A stretch of DNA of 64,000 bases from Escherichia coli. GTDB lineage: Bacteria > Pseudomonadota > Gammaproteobacteria > Enterobacterales > Enterobacteriaceae. Below, piece after piece: positions 41,008 through 52,649 of this stretch. The notes under the pieces are model-generated. The model saw only the letters and a program-made list of their open reading frames with translations, was not told the DNA's origin and made no database searches. Location of the stretch: NCBI RefSeq assembly GCF_022846255.1, contig NZ_AP025682.1; one strand, 5' to 3'. A program made the translations under genes and the position numbers. Numbering within the stretch: the stretch's first letter is position 1; each line of letters starts with the position of its first letter.

Positions 41008-43062
41008 TTACGGTTTTCTCGCCACCGGCACATCCAGATTTTTCAGTATTTCGACAAATGGAGAGGGATTCTCTTTGTTAAACAGTGCCCATACCCGATG
41101 GCGTGCCCGGGTCAGCGCCACGTACATTAACCGCCGTTCTTCAGCGTCCGGGAAATCCTCAACCGGTGGCAGTAGCGCCTCTTCCATAATCGACTCCCGC
41201 GCCGCAGCCGGAAAACCATCACTCCCCTCCTGCAAGCCAACGATGATGACGTAATCCGCCTGTTGCCCTTTGCTGGCATGAATGGTCATAAAGTCGATTT
41301 GCAACTTCGGCCAGCGTGTTGCCGCTTTTTCCAGGCTGGCAGGCCTCATGTGATGGTAACGCGCCAGGATCAGAATGCGCTCTTCCGGTTTGGCATAACC
41401 AGAGAGCTTATCCAGCAAAGCGTCAAGATGGCTCTCATCCAATAACGTGACGGCTTTTTTGTCTCCATTGGTTAAGCTGTTTAGCGGCTTTTTCAGCTGG
41501 CCTGGGTTCTGCTGAATAAACCGGTTTGCCACCTCACCGATACGACTGTTAAAACGGTAAGTCGTGTCTAAATCGCAGCGATCACCTTCACCAAAGTTTT
41601 CATGGAAAGCGGTGGTGAGCGACATTTGCGCACCGCTGAAGCGATAAATCGCCTGCCAGTCATCACCAACGGCGAACAACGTCGTCTGACTGTTTTGCTT
41701 GCGTAATGCCACTAACAACGCTGCGCGCTGCGGCGAGATATCCTGAAATTCATCAACCAGAATATGCTTCCACGGGCTGATAAAGCGACCTTTCTCTAGA
41801 ATCACAATCGCCTGGTGAATAAGGCCCGAAAAATCGACAGCGTTTTCTGCCTTCAGCGCACCTTTCCAGGCTTTTAATAACGGGGCCATCAACTTGATAC
41901 GTTTACTGAACAGATCGCGAATCACTTCGGGTGCACTGGCAATCATTTCTGCCTGTGCACCACCGTGCATCCGCATCAGACTTACCCAGCGATCGAGGCG
42001 AGAGGCAAGACGACGCTGTAATTTTTCATCATCCCAGAAATTACCTTCTGGCACTGACCACTGCATTTCTTCCGTCAGCCATTGCCGCCAGCCCTTCGCC
42101 TGCGCTTTCTTTTCGCTGCATTGCTTGCACCACTCAGCAATAAAAAGTTCATGACGGGCAGCGGTATCATTTTCCAGTTTGCTGACTATCGGAACTTTTT
42201 TGCTACCCTGCTGAATAATATGCAGCGCCAGCGCATGAAATGTGCGTGCGGTAATGTCTTCGGTATGTAGTCGTTCTCGAATACGCTCGTCCATCTCTTC
42301 AGCGGCTTTGCGACCAAACGCCAGCAATAAAATTTGCTCAGGGGACGCTTCACCACGCGCCAGCAACCAGCCTGCACGGGCCACCAGCACCGACGTTTTT
42401 CCGCTTCCTGCACCAGCCAGCACTAACAAAGAATGCTCGCCATTAACGACTGCCCGGGCCTGCGCCGGATTCAGCGGTGAAGACTCGACCTGGCGGAAAA
42501 AATCCGCATACTCGGTAAGCATGGCTTCGGTATACGCCTGATTATGCTGCAACCGAGCGCCTTCAATGTCTTTCAACCAGGCCTGACATTTACGCCACGC
42601 CTCACGGCAGTTATCGAATTCTTCCAGTCGGTTAACCGGCAATGGTAACGCCGACAAAGCCTGGCGGATTTGTTGCTGCATACCAGAGGTTTGCTCACGC
42701 GTCAGCCATTTATTTTCTCCGGTGCGCGTGGCAATCAAATCCAGTTGCTGACGTAAAACGCCAGACGCAATTTCGCTCATCTCGCCACTCCACCGCCGCC
42801 AGTGAGCATCAAGATGATGGTAAAAACGCTGCGTCTCGCCCCATTCGGTACCGTGCAGACGCACCACTTTTTCGTCCGGCAGTACAAACTCCAGTTCGCC
42901 CCATACCAGACCGCGCTTACAGTGAATCGCCAGTAATTGATTGAAAGGAATAAGGTATTCGTGGCGATCGCCGGAGACTTTAATCCCGGCATTGAGGATC
43001 ACCGCCCGATCGTAAGGGTGCTGTGCCAGACGTTTTCCAAGCGTTGTCGCTTTCAGTTCCAT
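41008..43062 (-). CDS. helD: DNA helicase IV
   Basis: Internal Met MELKATTLGKRLAQHPYDRAVILNAG...; UvrD-like helicase motifs. Confidence 0.95.
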   Translation of the reverse strand: MELKATTLGKRLAQHPYDRAVILNAGIKVSGDRHEYLIPFNQLLAIHCKRGLVWGELEFVLPDEKVVRLHGTEWGETQRFYHHLDAHWRRWSGEMSEIASGVLRQQLDLIATRTGENKWLTREQTSGMQQQIRQALSALPLPVNRLEEFDNCREAWRKCQAWLKDIEGARLQHNQAYTEAMLTEYADFFRQVESSPLNPAQARAVVNGEHSLLVLAGAGSGKTSVLVARAGWLLARGEASPEQILLLAFGRKAAEEMDERIRERLHTEDITARTFHALALHIIQQGSKKVPIVSKLENDTAARHELFIAEWCKQCSEKKAQAKGWRQWLTEEMQWSVPEGNFWDDEKLQRRLASRLDRWVSLMRMHGGAQAEMIASAPEVIRDLFSKRIKLMAPLLKAWKGALKAENAVDFSGLIHQAIVILEKGRFISPWKHILVDEFQDISPQRAALLVALRKQNSQTTLFAVGDDWQAIYRFSGAQMSLTTAFHENFGEGDRCDLDTTYRFNSRIGEVANRFIQQNPGQLKKPLNSLTNGDKKAVTLLDESHLDALLDKLSGYAKPEERILILARYHHMRPASLEKAATRWPKLQIDFMTIHASKGQQADYVIIVGLQEGSDGFPAAARESIMEEALLPPVEDFPDAEERRLMYVALTRARHRVWALFNKENPSPFVEILKNLDVPVARKP

Positions 43063-43184
43063 GACTCTGTAGATCCACACGAAATTATTTCTTATCAGTG
43101 TAACCGTCAGAGAAAACGTGCTCCAGCCCAAAAAAACGTTACAATTGCCGCCCATTACTGAAAACCACAGTAAAGCGAGGTTTT

Positions 43185-43631
43185 ATGCGTACCGTTTTGA
43201 ACATTCTGAACTTTGTGCTTGGCGGATTTGCCACCACTCTGGGCTGGCTGTTGGCGACTCTGGTCAGTATTGTGCTGATTTTTACCTTACCGCTGACACG
43301 ATCCTGCTGGGAGATCACTAAACTGTCTCTGGTGCCTTATGGCAATGAAGCTATTCATGTCGATGAACTGAACCCGGCTGGCAAAAATGTGCTGCTGAAT
43401 ACTGGCGGTACGGTATTGAATATTTTCTGGCTGATTTTCTTTGGCTGGTGGTTATGCCTGATGCACATTGCAACGGGCATCGCACAATGTATTTCCATCA
43501 TTGGCATTCCTGTCGGTATTGCGAACTTTAAAATTGCCGCTATTGCACTATGGCCGGTCGGTCGTCGCGTGGTATCGGTAGAAACAGCGCAAGCTGCGCG
43601 CGAAGCCAATGCACGTCGTCGTTTTGAATAA
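43185..43631 (+). CDS. yccF: Inner membrane protein YccF
   Basis: 148 aa. Confidence 0.9.
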   Translation: MRTVLNILNFVLGGFATTLGWLLATLVSIVLIFTLPLTRSCWEITKLSLVPYGNEAIHVDELNPAGKNVLLNTGGTVLNIFWLIFFGWWLCLMHIATGIAQCISIIGIPVGIANFKIAAIALWPVGRRVVSVETAQAAREANARRRFE

Positions 43632-43640
43632 TCCACTAAT

Positions 43641-45803
43641 ATGGCCTTTATGCTAAATCCTTTGCTCAAACGCTATACCTGGAACAGCGCCTGGCTGTAT
43701 TACGCGCGTATTTTTATTGCGCTTTGTGGAACCACAGCGTTTCCGTGGTGGCTGGGTGATGTAAAACTGACGATTCCGCTGACGCTTGGGATGGTGGCAG
43801 CGGCGCTGACCGATCTCGATGACCGACTGGCGGGACGTTTGCGTAACCTCATCATTACGCTGTTCTGCTTTTTTATCGCCTCAGCCTCAGTAGAATTGCT
43901 GTTTCCCTGGCCCTGGCTATTTGCGATTGGCTTAACGCTCTCTACCAGCGGCTTCATTTTGCTCGGTGGTCTGGGTCAACGCTATGCAACAATTGCCTTC
44001 GGTGCATTGCTGATCGCCATTTACACTATGTTGGGAACATCACTGTATGAGCACTGGTATCAGCAGCCGATGTATCTTCTGGCCGGTGCCGTCTGGTACA
44101 ACGTCCTGACACTTATTGGTCATCTGCTGTTCCCGGTCCGCCCGCTGCAGGACAACCTGGCGCGTTGCTATGAACAACTGGCGCGTTATCTTGAGCTCAA
44201 GTCGCGCATGTTTGATCCTGATATTGAAGATGAAAGCCAGGCACCGCTGTACGATTTGGCTCTCGCCAACGGTCAGCTGATGGCGACATTGAATCAGACG
44301 AAACTCTCGCTGCTAACCCGCTTACGTGGCGATCGTGGTCAACGGGGAACGCGTCGCACACTGCATTATTACTTTGTCGCGCAGGATATTCACGAGCGTG
44401 CCAGCTCTTCTCATATTCAATATCAAACATTGCGTGAACATTTTCGCCACAGCGACGTGCTGTTCCGTTTTCAGCGGCTGATGTCGATGCAGGGCCAGGC
44501 GTGCCAGCAACTGTCACGCTGTATTTTGCTGCGTCAGCCTTATCAACATGATCCGCATTTTGAGCGCGCTTTTACGCATATTGATGCTGCGCTGGAGCGG
44601 ATGCGCGATAACGGCGCTCCTGCTGATTTACTCAAAACACTGGGATTTTTACTGAACAATTTACGTGCCATTGATGCCCAACTGGCAACAATTGAATCAG
44701 AACAGGCCCAGGCACTGCCCCATAATAATGACGAAAATGAGCTCGCTGATGACAGCCCGCACGGATTGAGTGATATCTGGCTGCGTCTTAGCCGTCACTT
44801 CACGCCGGAATCCGCCCTCTTCCGTCATGCGGTAAGAATGTCGCTGGTGTTGTGCTTCGGCTACGCCATCATTCAGATAACCGGAATGCATCACGGGTAT
44901 TGGATCTTGCTGACAAGTTTGTTTGTCTGCCAGCCAAACTATAACGCCACGCGCCACCGGCTGAAGTTAAGGATTATTGGTACGCTGGTAGGTATCGCAA
45001 TTGGTATTCCTGTGCTGTGGTTTGTGCCATCACTGGAAGGGCAGCTGGTGCTGCTGGTTATTACCGGCGTGCTCTTTTTTGCCTTCCGTAACGTGCAATA
45101 CGCCCATGCAACGATGTTCATCACACTTTTGGTGCTACTGTGTTTCAACTTGCTGGGTGAAGGTTTTGAAGTGGCGTTACCTCGCGTAATCGATACGCTG
45201 ATTGGTTGTGCCATTGCGTGGGCGGCAGTGAGCTATATCTGGCCTGACTGGAAGTTTCGCAATCTGCCGCGAATGCTCGAACGCGCCACAGAGGCCAACT
45301 GCCGGTATCTCGATGCCATACTGGAACAATACCATCAGGGGCGTGATAACCGTCTGGCGTATCGTATTGCCCGCCGCGATGCACACAACCGTGATGCTGA
45401 ACTGGCGTCGGTGGTATCAAATATGTCCAGCGAACCGAACGTTACCCCGCAAATTCGCGAAGCCGCGTTTCGGTTGCTGTGCCTTAACCATACGTTTACC
45501 AGCTATATCTCAGCCCTCGGTGCTCACCGGGAGCAGTTAACTAATCCTGAAATTCTGGCGTTTCTTGATGACGCCGTTTGCTATGTTGATGACGCGCTAC
45601 ATCATCAACCTGCTGATGAAGAACGCGTCAATCAGGCATTAGCTGGCCTGAAACAGCGGATGCAGCAACTTGAACCACGGGCAGACAGCAAAGAACCTCT
45701 GGTCGTACAACAAGTTGGGTTATTGATTGCATTACTGCCAGAGATTGGTCGTCTGCAACGCCAGATTACTCAAGTTCCGCAGGAAACTCCTGTTTCGGCG
45801 TAA
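43641..45803 (+). CDS. yccS: Inner membrane protein YccS (start codon uncertain)
   Basis: 720-aa ORF. Confidence 0.9.
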   Translation: MAFMLNPLLKRYTWNSAWLYYARIFIALCGTTAFPWWLGDVKLTIPLTLGMVAAALTDLDDRLAGRLRNLIITLFCFFIASASVELLFPWPWLFAIGLTLSTSGFILLGGLGQRYATIAFGALLIAIYTMLGTSLYEHWYQQPMYLLAGAVWYNVLTLIGHLLFPVRPLQDNLARCYEQLARYLELKSRMFDPDIEDESQAPLYDLALANGQLMATLNQTKLSLLTRLRGDRGQRGTRRTLHYYFVAQDIHERASSSHIQYQTLREHFRHSDVLFRFQRLMSMQGQACQQLSRCILLRQPYQHDPHFERAFTHIDAALERMRDNGAPADLLKTLGFLLNNLRAIDAQLATIESEQAQALPHNNDENELADDSPHGLSDIWLRLSRHFTPESALFRHAVRMSLVLCFGYAIIQITGMHHGYWILLTSLFVCQPNYNATRHRLKLRIIGTLVGIAIGIPVLWFVPSLEGQLVLLVITGVLFFAFRNVQYAHATMFITLLVLLCFNLLGEGFEVALPRVIDTLIGCAIAWAAVSYIWPDWKFRNLPRMLERATEANCRYLDAILEQYHQGRDNRLAYRIARRDAHNRDAELASVVSNMSSEPNVTPQIREAAFRLLCLNHTFTSYISALGAHREQLTNPEILAFLDDAVCYVDDALHHQPADEERVNQALAGLKQRMQQLEPRADSKEPLVVQQVGLLIALLPEIGRLQRQITQVPQETPVSA

Positions 45804-46395
45804 GAGAGTCAGCCCATTCTGCAAGCTCCTGGCGGCGTGCCACCGGGAGCGCAGCTTCATGAATGCCGATAATGGCCCCTTCAAGCATAAACAGAATCTT
45901 TTCTGTCACCAGACTGTTTTGCTGCCGCAGTCGCAACCAACACATTTTTGCCCCAAGTATACGTAACGCCCGTACATCCTTAATCCCCACCTCCCCGAGA
46001 ATCGCTTCCAGATGAAAAGACATATTGGGCAAATCTTTCAGTCTTTCCCGAATATTGCGCGTGCTTTTCTCTTTCAGCGCTGCATCGAGAGAATATTTCG
46101 ACAGACGCACCAGCTTCAGTTGATTTCGCCATAGACTTTCATCAACCCGATAGTAATTGAGGGTAACGGATCGGCCACACTTTTTATATGTCAGCCAGAC
46201 AGGCGGATGTTTTACACAGTACGGTGCACTTTGCTCACAAGCCCGAAGATACAACTCACCATCAGAAACCATCGCAAACACCGTGTCGTCAACGGTTAGG
46301 CTGTAACTACCAAACAATGATCGGTATTCAATTGTGCCCAACGTTGCCAGGTATTCTTGTGATTTATAGATCCGCTTATAGGAGAGGCTTTTCAT
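45766..46395 (-). CDS. sxy: Competence regulator Sxy/TfoX
   Basis: 209 aa, MKSLSYKRIYKSQEYLATLGTIEYRSLFGSY... Confidence 0.9.
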   Translation of the reverse strand: MKSLSYKRIYKSQEYLATLGTIEYRSLFGSYSLTVDDTVFAMVSDGELYLRACEQSAPYCVKHPPVWLTYKKCGRSVTLNYYRVDESLWRNQLKLVRLSKYSLDAALKEKSTRNIRERLKDLPNMSFHLEAILGEVGIKDVRALRILGAKMCWLRLRQQNSLVTEKILFMLEGAIIGIHEAALPVARRQELAEWADSLTPKQEFPAELE

Positions 46396-46571
46396 AAAAT
46401 TCCTTTTAAAATCATAACATAAAAGAATGATTCACATTAACGGATCCGTTAACTACGAAAATAGGCAACTTATTCTTAAGGGGCAAGATTAATTTATGTT
46501 TTCCCGTCACCAACGACAAAATTTGCGAGGCTCTTTCCGAAAATAGAGTTGATCTTTGTCGTCACTGGATG

Positions 46572-46591
46572 TACTGTACATCCATACAGTA
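46572..46591 (+). promoter_or_regulatory. LexA box of sulA
   Basis: TACTGTACATCCATACAGTA just upstream of sulA. Confidence 0.85.
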
Positions 46592-46613
46592 ACTCACAGG
46601 GGCTGGATTGATT

Positions 46614-47123
46614 ATGTACACTTCAGGCTATGCACATCGTTCTTCGTCGTTCTCATCCACAGCAAGTAAAATTGCGCGTGTCTCTACGGAAAACACTACA
46701 GCCGGGCTTATCAGTGAAGTTGTCTATCGCGAAGATCAGCCCATGATGACGCAACTTCTACTGTTGCCATTGTTACAGCAACTCGGTCAGCAATCGCGCT
46801 GGCAACTCTGGTTAACACCGCAACAAAAACTGAGTCGCGAATGGGTTCAGGCATCTGGGCTACCCTTAACGAAAGTAATGCAGATTAGCCAGCTCTCCCC
46901 TTGCCACACCGTGGAGTCAATGGTTCGCGCTTTACGCACGGGCAATTACAGTGTGGTGATCGGTTGGTTGGCAGATGATTTGACTGAAGAAGAGCATGCT
47001 GAACTTGTTGATGCGGCAAATGAAGGTAACGCTATGGGGTTTATTATGCGTCCGGTAAGCGCTTCCTCTCACGCAACGAGACAACTTTCCGGGCTAAAAA
47101 TTCACTCTAATTTGTATCATTAA
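46614..47123 (+). CDS. sulA: SOS cell-division inhibitor SulA
   Basis: Internal Met [31 protein letters not shown]... Confidence 0.95.
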   Translation: MYTSGYAHRSSSFSSTASKIARVSTENTTAGLISEVVYREDQPMMTQLLLLPLLQQLGQQSRWQLWLTPQQKLSREWVQASGLPLTKVMQISQLSPCHTVESMVRALRTGNYSVVIGWLADDLTEEEHAELVDAANEGNAMGFIMRPVSASSHATRQLSGLKIHSNLYH

Positions 47124-47479
47124 GTAAATTTAGGATTAATCCTGGAACTTTTTTTGTCGCCCAGCCAATGCTTTCAGTCGTGACTAATTTTCCTTGCGGA
47201 GGCTTGTCTGAAGCGGTTTCCGCGATTTTTTTCTGTAAATTGTCGCTGACAAAAAAGATTAAACGTACCTTATACAAGACTTTTTTTTCATATGCCTGAC
47301 GGAGTTCACACTTGTAAGTTTTCAACTACGTTGTAGACTTTACATCGCCAGGGGTGCTCGGCATAAGCCGAAGATATCGGTAGAGTTAATATTGAGCAGA
47401 TCCCCCGGTGAAGGATTTAACCGTGTTATCTCGTTGGAGATATTCATGGCGTATTTTGGATGATAACGAGGCGCAAAAA

Positions 47480-48532
47480 ATGAAAAAGACAGCTATCGCG
47501 ATTGCAGTGGCACTGGCTGGTTTCGCTACCGTAGCGCAGGCCGCTCCGAAAGATAACACCTGGTACACTGGTGCTAAACTGGGCTGGTCCCAGTACCATG
47601 ACACTGGTTTTATTCCTAACAATGGTCCGACCCACGAAAACCAACTGGGTGCAGGTGCTTTTGGTGGTTACCAGGTTAACCCGTATGTTGGCTTTGAAAT
47701 GGGTTACGACTGGTTAGGTCGTATGCCGTACAAAGGCGACAACATCAACGGCGCATACAAAGCTCAGGGCGTTCAGCTGACCGCTAAACTGGGTTACCCA
47801 ATCACTGACGATCTGGACGTTTACACTCGTCTGGGTGGTATGGTATGGCGTGCAGACACCAAGTCTAACGTACCTGGTGGCGCATCCACTAAAGACCACG
47901 ACACCGGCGTTTCTCCGGTCTTCGCTGGCGGTGTTGAGTACGCGATCACTCCTGAAATCGCTACCCGTCTGGAATACCAGTGGACCAACAACATCGGTGA
48001 CGCACACACCATCGGTACTCGTCCGGACAACGGCATGCTGAGCCTGGGTGTTTCCTACCGTTTCGGTCAGGGCGAAGCAGCTCCAGTAGTTGCTCCGGCT
48101 CCAGCTCCGGCACCGGAAGTACAGACCAAGCACTTCACTCTGAAGTCTGACGTTCTGTTCAACTTCAACAAAGCAACCCTGAAACCGGAAGGTCAGGCTG
48201 CTCTGGATCAGCTGTACAGCCAGCTGAGCAACCTGGATCCGAAAGACGGTTCCGTAGTTGTTCTGGGTTACACCGACCGCATCGGTTCTGACGCTTACAA
48301 CCAGGCTCTGTCCGAGCGTCGTGCTCAGTCCGTTGTTGATTACCTGATCTCTAAAGGTATCCCGGCAGACAAAATCTCCGCACGTGGTATGGGCGAATCC
48401 AACCCGGTTACTGGCAACACCTGTGACAACGTGAAACAGCGTGCTGCACTGATCGACTGCCTGGCTCCGGATCGTCGCGTAGAGATCGAAGTTAAAGGTA
48501 TCAAAGACGTTGTAACTCAGCCGCAGGCTTAA
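47480..48532 (+). CDS. ompA: Outer membrane protein A
   Basis: [36 protein letters not shown]...; APAPAPAP hinge; OmpA-C domain. Confidence 0.95.
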   Translation: MKKTAIAIAVALAGFATVAQAAPKDNTWYTGAKLGWSQYHDTGFIPNNGPTHENQLGAGAFGGYQVNPYVGFEMGYDWLGRMPYKGDNINGAYKAQGVQLTAKLGYPITDDLDVYTRLGGMVWRADTKSNVPGGASTKDHDTGVSPVFAGGVEYAITPEIATRLEYQWTNNIGDAHTIGTRPDNGMLSLGVSYRFGQGEAAPVVAPAPAPAPEVQTKHFTLKSDVLFNFNKATLKPEGQAALDQLYSQLSNLDPKDGSVVVLGYTDRIGSDAYNQALSERRAQSVVDYLISKGIPADKISARGMGESNPVTGNTCDNVKQRAALIDCLAPDRRVEIEVKGIKDVVTQPQA

Positions 48533-48545
48533 GTTCTCGTCTGGT

Positions 48546-48576
48546 AAAAAACCCCGCAGCTGCGGGGTTTTTTTTC
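48546..48576 (+). terminator. ompA intrinsic terminator
   Basis: CCCCGCAGCTGCGGGG followed by TTTTTTTTT. Confidence 0.8.
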
Positions 48577-48607
48577 GCCTTTAGTAAATTGAAGTGACTT
48601 TTGACAG

Positions 48608-49060
48608 TTATTCCTTACCCAGCAATGCCTGCAGATCCTGCTTCAGAGAAGACATTTTATTCGCGTATTTCTCTTTGTTTTCCGCATCTTCAATCAGCTG
48701 AACAATCGTTTCAGAAAGCGTTTTACCGCGACGCTGCGCAAGACCAGCCAGACGTTGCCAGACAATAAATTCCAGATCGATCGATTTTTTGCGCGTATGC
48801 TGGTGTTCCGCATTAAAATGGCGCTTCCGTCTGGCCCGAATGGTCTGCTTCATGCGATTGACCAGTTCCGGATTCATATGCTTATCAATCCAGTTATTTA
48901 CCAGCACGGGTTCATTTTCCAGCGAGAGCAACACATCGACGGCTTCCTGGGCGGCACTGGCTTCTATGTAACGGGTGATTAACTCCCCTTCGCGATGCTT
49001 CTTCACCAGATACTTCCATTTCCAACCGCTTTCAAGATTTTCAAGTTGTTGATATTTCAT
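48608..49060 (-). CDS. matP: Ter macrodomain organiser MatP
   Basis: 150 aa, [31 protein letters not shown]... Confidence 0.9.
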   Translation of the reverse strand: MKYQQLENLESGWKWKYLVKKHREGELITRYIEASAAQEAVDVLLSLENEPVLVNNWIDKHMNPELVNRMKQTIRARRKRHFNAEHQHTRKKSIDLEFIVWQRLAGLAQRRGKTLSETIVQLIEDAENKEKYANKMSSLKQDLQALLGKE

Positions 49061-49245
49061 AGCGATCTCAATGTTACCGTGTAACTCTTTACAGAATATC
49101 AGCTTTTTGGGCCAGTGAAGAAAAGAATCTCCATCCTGTGAGCTTTAACGCCCATGCCAGGAGTATTGTCGGTGCTTTCTACGTGTGCTGTAGTGCCGGT
49201 TACGGTATAATCGCGGCTTTGACAACAGACTAAAAAACATCAACT

Positions 49246-51006
49246 TTGACCATTACGAAACTTGCATGGCGTGACCTGGTTCCTGATACCGATAGCTATC
49301 AGGAAATATTTGCTCAGCCACATTTAATTGACGAAAACGATCCTTTATTCAGTGATACTCAACCGCGACTGCAATTTGCGCTGGAGCAGTTGCTGCATAC
49401 GCGAGCATCCTCCTCTTTTATGCTGGCGAAGGCCCCGGAAGAGTCTGAGTATCTGAATCTTATTGCCGATGCCGCGCGTGCGCTACAAAGCGATGCAGGC
49501 CAACTGGTGGGCGGTCACTATGAGGTTTCCGGGCACACCATCCGTTTACGTAACGCAGTGAGTGCAGATGATAATTTTGCGACTTTAACGCAAGTTGTCG
49601 CTGCCGACTGGGTAGAAGCGGAACAACTCTTTGGCTGCCTGCGCCAGTTTAATGGCGACATTACCCTGCAGCCAGGTCTGGTGCATCAGGCAAATGGCGG
49701 TATTCTCATCATCTCTTTGCGTACACTGCTGGCGCAACCTCTGCTGTGGATGCGGCTGAAAAATATCGTTAACCGCGAGCGTTTTGACTGGGTTGCGTTT
49801 GATGAGTCGCGCCCTCTCCCCGTCTCTGTGCCTTCGATGCCATTGAAGCTGAAAGTCATTCTGGTAGGCGAACGTGAATCATTGGCTGATTTCCAGGAGA
49901 TGGAACCAGAGCTTTCAGAGCAGGCTATTTATAGCGAATTTGAAGATACTCTGCAGATTGTCGATGCGGAGTCAGTAAGCCAGTGGTGTCGCTGGGTAAC
50001 ATTGACCGCAAGACATAATCACTTACCTGCACCGGGAGCGGATGCCTGGCCGGTACTTATCCGCGAAGCAGCCCGCTACACCGGTGAACAAGAAACACTT
50101 CCGCTTAGCCCGCAGTGGATCCTCCGCCAGTGTAAAGAGGTCGCCTCCCTGTGCGATGGCGACACCTTCTCCGACGAGCAGCTAAACTTAATGCTGCAGC
50201 AGCGTGAATGGCGTGAAGGTTTCCTCGCTGAACGCATGCAGGATGAGATCCTTCAGGAGCAAATCCTGATTGAAACCGAAGGCGAACGCATCGGGCAAAT
50301 TAACGCCCTTTCGGTCATTGAATTTCCGGGTCATCCACGCGCTTTTGGCGAACCTTCTCGCATTAGCTGCGTTGTGCATATTGGCGATGGTGAATTCACC
50401 GACATCGAACGCAAAGCGGAGCTTGGCGGCAATATCCATGCGAAAGGGATGATGATCATGCAAGCGTTCCTGATGTCGGAACTACAGCTTGAGCAACAGA
50501 TCCCCTTCTCAGCATCGCTGACATTTGAGCAGTCATACAGTGAAGTGGATGGCGATAGTGCCTCGATGGCTGAACTCTGCGCCCTGATCAGCGCCCTCGC
50601 CGATGTGCCGGTGAATCAGAGTATCGCTATCACAGGTTCAGTCGATCAGTTCGGTCGCGCCCAGCCAGTCGGTGGTTTAAATGAGAAAATCGAAGGCTTC
50701 TTTGCTATTTGCCAGCAACGTGAGTTAACGGGGAAACAAGGTGTCATTATCCCCACTGCTAACGTTCGCCATTTAAGTCTTCACAGTGAACTGGTGAAAG
50801 CGGTAGAAGAAGGCAAATTCACCATCTGGGCAGTAGACGATGTGACTGACGCACTGCCGTTATTATTAAATCTGGTGTGGGATGGCGAAGGCCAAACGAC
50901 GCTGATGCAAACCATCCAGGAACGTATCGCACAAGCATCGCAACAGGAAGGACGTCACCGTTTTCCATGGCCATTACGTTGGCTGAACTGGTTTATTCCG
51001 AACTGA
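49246..51006 (+). CDS. ycbZ: Lon-like protease homologue YcbZ
   Basis: 586 aa, Lon protease S16 C-terminal domain. Confidence 0.9.
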
Positions 51007-51074
51007 TCGGACTTGTTCAGCGTACACGTGTTAGCTATCCTGCGTGCTTCAATAAAATAAGGCTTACAGAGAAC

Positions 51075-51593
51075 ATGGTAGATAAACGCGAATCCTATAC
51101 AAAAGAAGACCTTCTTGCCTCTGGTCGCGGTGAACTGTTTGGCGCTAAAGGCCCGCAATTGCCAGCACCGAACATGCTGATGATGGACCGTGTGGTCAAA
51201 ATGACCGAAACGGGTGGTAACTTCGACAAAGGGTATGTTGAAGCAGAGCTGGATATCAATCCGGATCTGTGGTTCTTCGGATGCCACTTTATCGGCGATC
51301 CGGTTATGCCGGGATGCCTGGGCCTGGACGCAATGTGGCAGCTGGTAGGGTTCTACCTCGGCTGGCTGGGCGGCGAAGGTAAAGGCCGCGCGCTGGGCGT
51401 TGGCGAAGTGAAATTCACTGGTCAGGTACTGCCGACAGCGAAAAAAGTGACCTACCGTATTCACTTTAAACGCATTGTTAATCGTCGTCTGATTATGGGT
51501 CTGGCAGATGGCGAAGTGCTGGTTGATGGTCGTCTGATCTATACCGCCAGCGACCTGAAAGTCGGTCTGTTCCAGGATACGTCTGCCTTCTGA
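51075..51593 (+). CDS. fabA: 3-hydroxydecanoyl-ACP dehydratase/isomerase FabA
   Basis: Internal Met [40 protein letters not shown]... Confidence 0.95.
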
Positions 51594-51619
51594 TAATAAT
51601 CAGACAGAGTATAAAAAGG

Positions 51620-51650
51620 CGAAACCTCCGCAATGCGGAGGTTTCTTTTT
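51620..51650. terminator. Bidirectional terminator between fabA and rmf
   Basis: CCTCCGCAATGCGGAGG flanked by A-run and T-run. Confidence 0.6.
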
Positions 51651-51662
51651 AAAGAGACAGAA

Positions 51663-51830
51663 TCAGGCCATTACTACCCTGTCCGCCATGGCTTCTCGCC
51701 AGCCTCCCAGCCATTGTGACCTTTGATTCAGCGTCTGATAGGGACACATTTCTTTTGAGCGTCCGGCGATGCCGGCCTGATAACCACGTTGATGTGCCCG
51801 TTCCAGGCGATCTCGTTTTTGTCTCTTCAT
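51663..51830 (-). CDS. rmf: Ribosome modulation factor
   Basis: Manual translation MKRQKRDRLERAHQRGYQAG..., 55 aa; below ORF-track size cutoff. Confidence 0.9.
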   Translation of the reverse strand: MKRQKRDRLERAHQRGYQAGIAGRSKEMCPYQTLNQRSQWLGGWREAMADRVVMA

Positions 51831-52085
51831 GCCTCGTTTCCCTCATACTGGTTTCTGGTGGAAAAGAAAACAGTGATTACTAAATGTGCAATCACAGTTA
51901 AGCAATACCGCGAATCATAACTGCCGTCAATGCGCAAAATTCACGCCACTGTCATATTTGTGAGCTACACGGGCATGTCAGTTGTACAAAAAATGTGAAG
52001 AGGAACAACTTTTTCCGCACGTTAGAGACAAAAAAACCGCCTCAGGCAACATACCGGAGGCGGTTATATTTACAAATCTTTATAA

Positions 52086-52649
52086 TTAAGGTAGACGCTT
52101 TATCTCTTGCGCAATAGAAGCGGCTTCCTGACTCCAGACACTGGCCAGTACTTTAACCATCTCATCGTAACCATCCTGAGTTTGCACCCCTTCCAGACGG
52201 AACGGACGTTTGATCAGTTGTCCCTGGTGGTTCAACAGCCATTCACCACTGACAATGACCTTGCCATCATAGCGGCCGTTAAACTCCGTTACGGTAACAT
52301 TGAGCGTGTCCTGGGCGCTTCCCAGAGGCTGGGAGGCAACCACCCAGCCGGGCAGTTGCGTGCTCAGGTTGGCAACCAGGGTGTTGCGTAACTGTTGATC
52401 CAATGGGCTGGCCCACAAGTTGTTGTTGGCAATCACATACTTCACATCACTGGTTTGATAAACCACACCATTTCCCGCCAGATAGTCAGGAACAGTGACC
52501 TGCTCTACCCATAACAGGCGATTACCCTGGCTGGCGGTACTTTGTGTACCGCTCTGCACCACAGGTAACTGGTAATAGTTTTTATTAATTTCGCCGGAGC
52601 TGCATCCGGCCAGCCACAGTGCTGCAATCGTCACTAGCCACTTTTTCAT
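52086..52649 (-). CDS. pqiC: Lipoprotein PqiC
   Basis: 187 aa, lipobox LAGC. Confidence 0.85.
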   Translation of the reverse strand: MKKWLVTIAALWLAGCSSGEINKNYYQLPVVQSGTQSTASQGNRLLWVEQVTVPDYLAGNGVVYQTSDVKYVIANNNLWASPLDQQLRNTLVANLSTQLPGWVVASQPLGSAQDTLNVTVTEFNGRYDGKVIVSGEWLLNHQGQLIKRPFRLEGVQTQDGYDEMVKVLASVWSQEAASIAQEIKRLP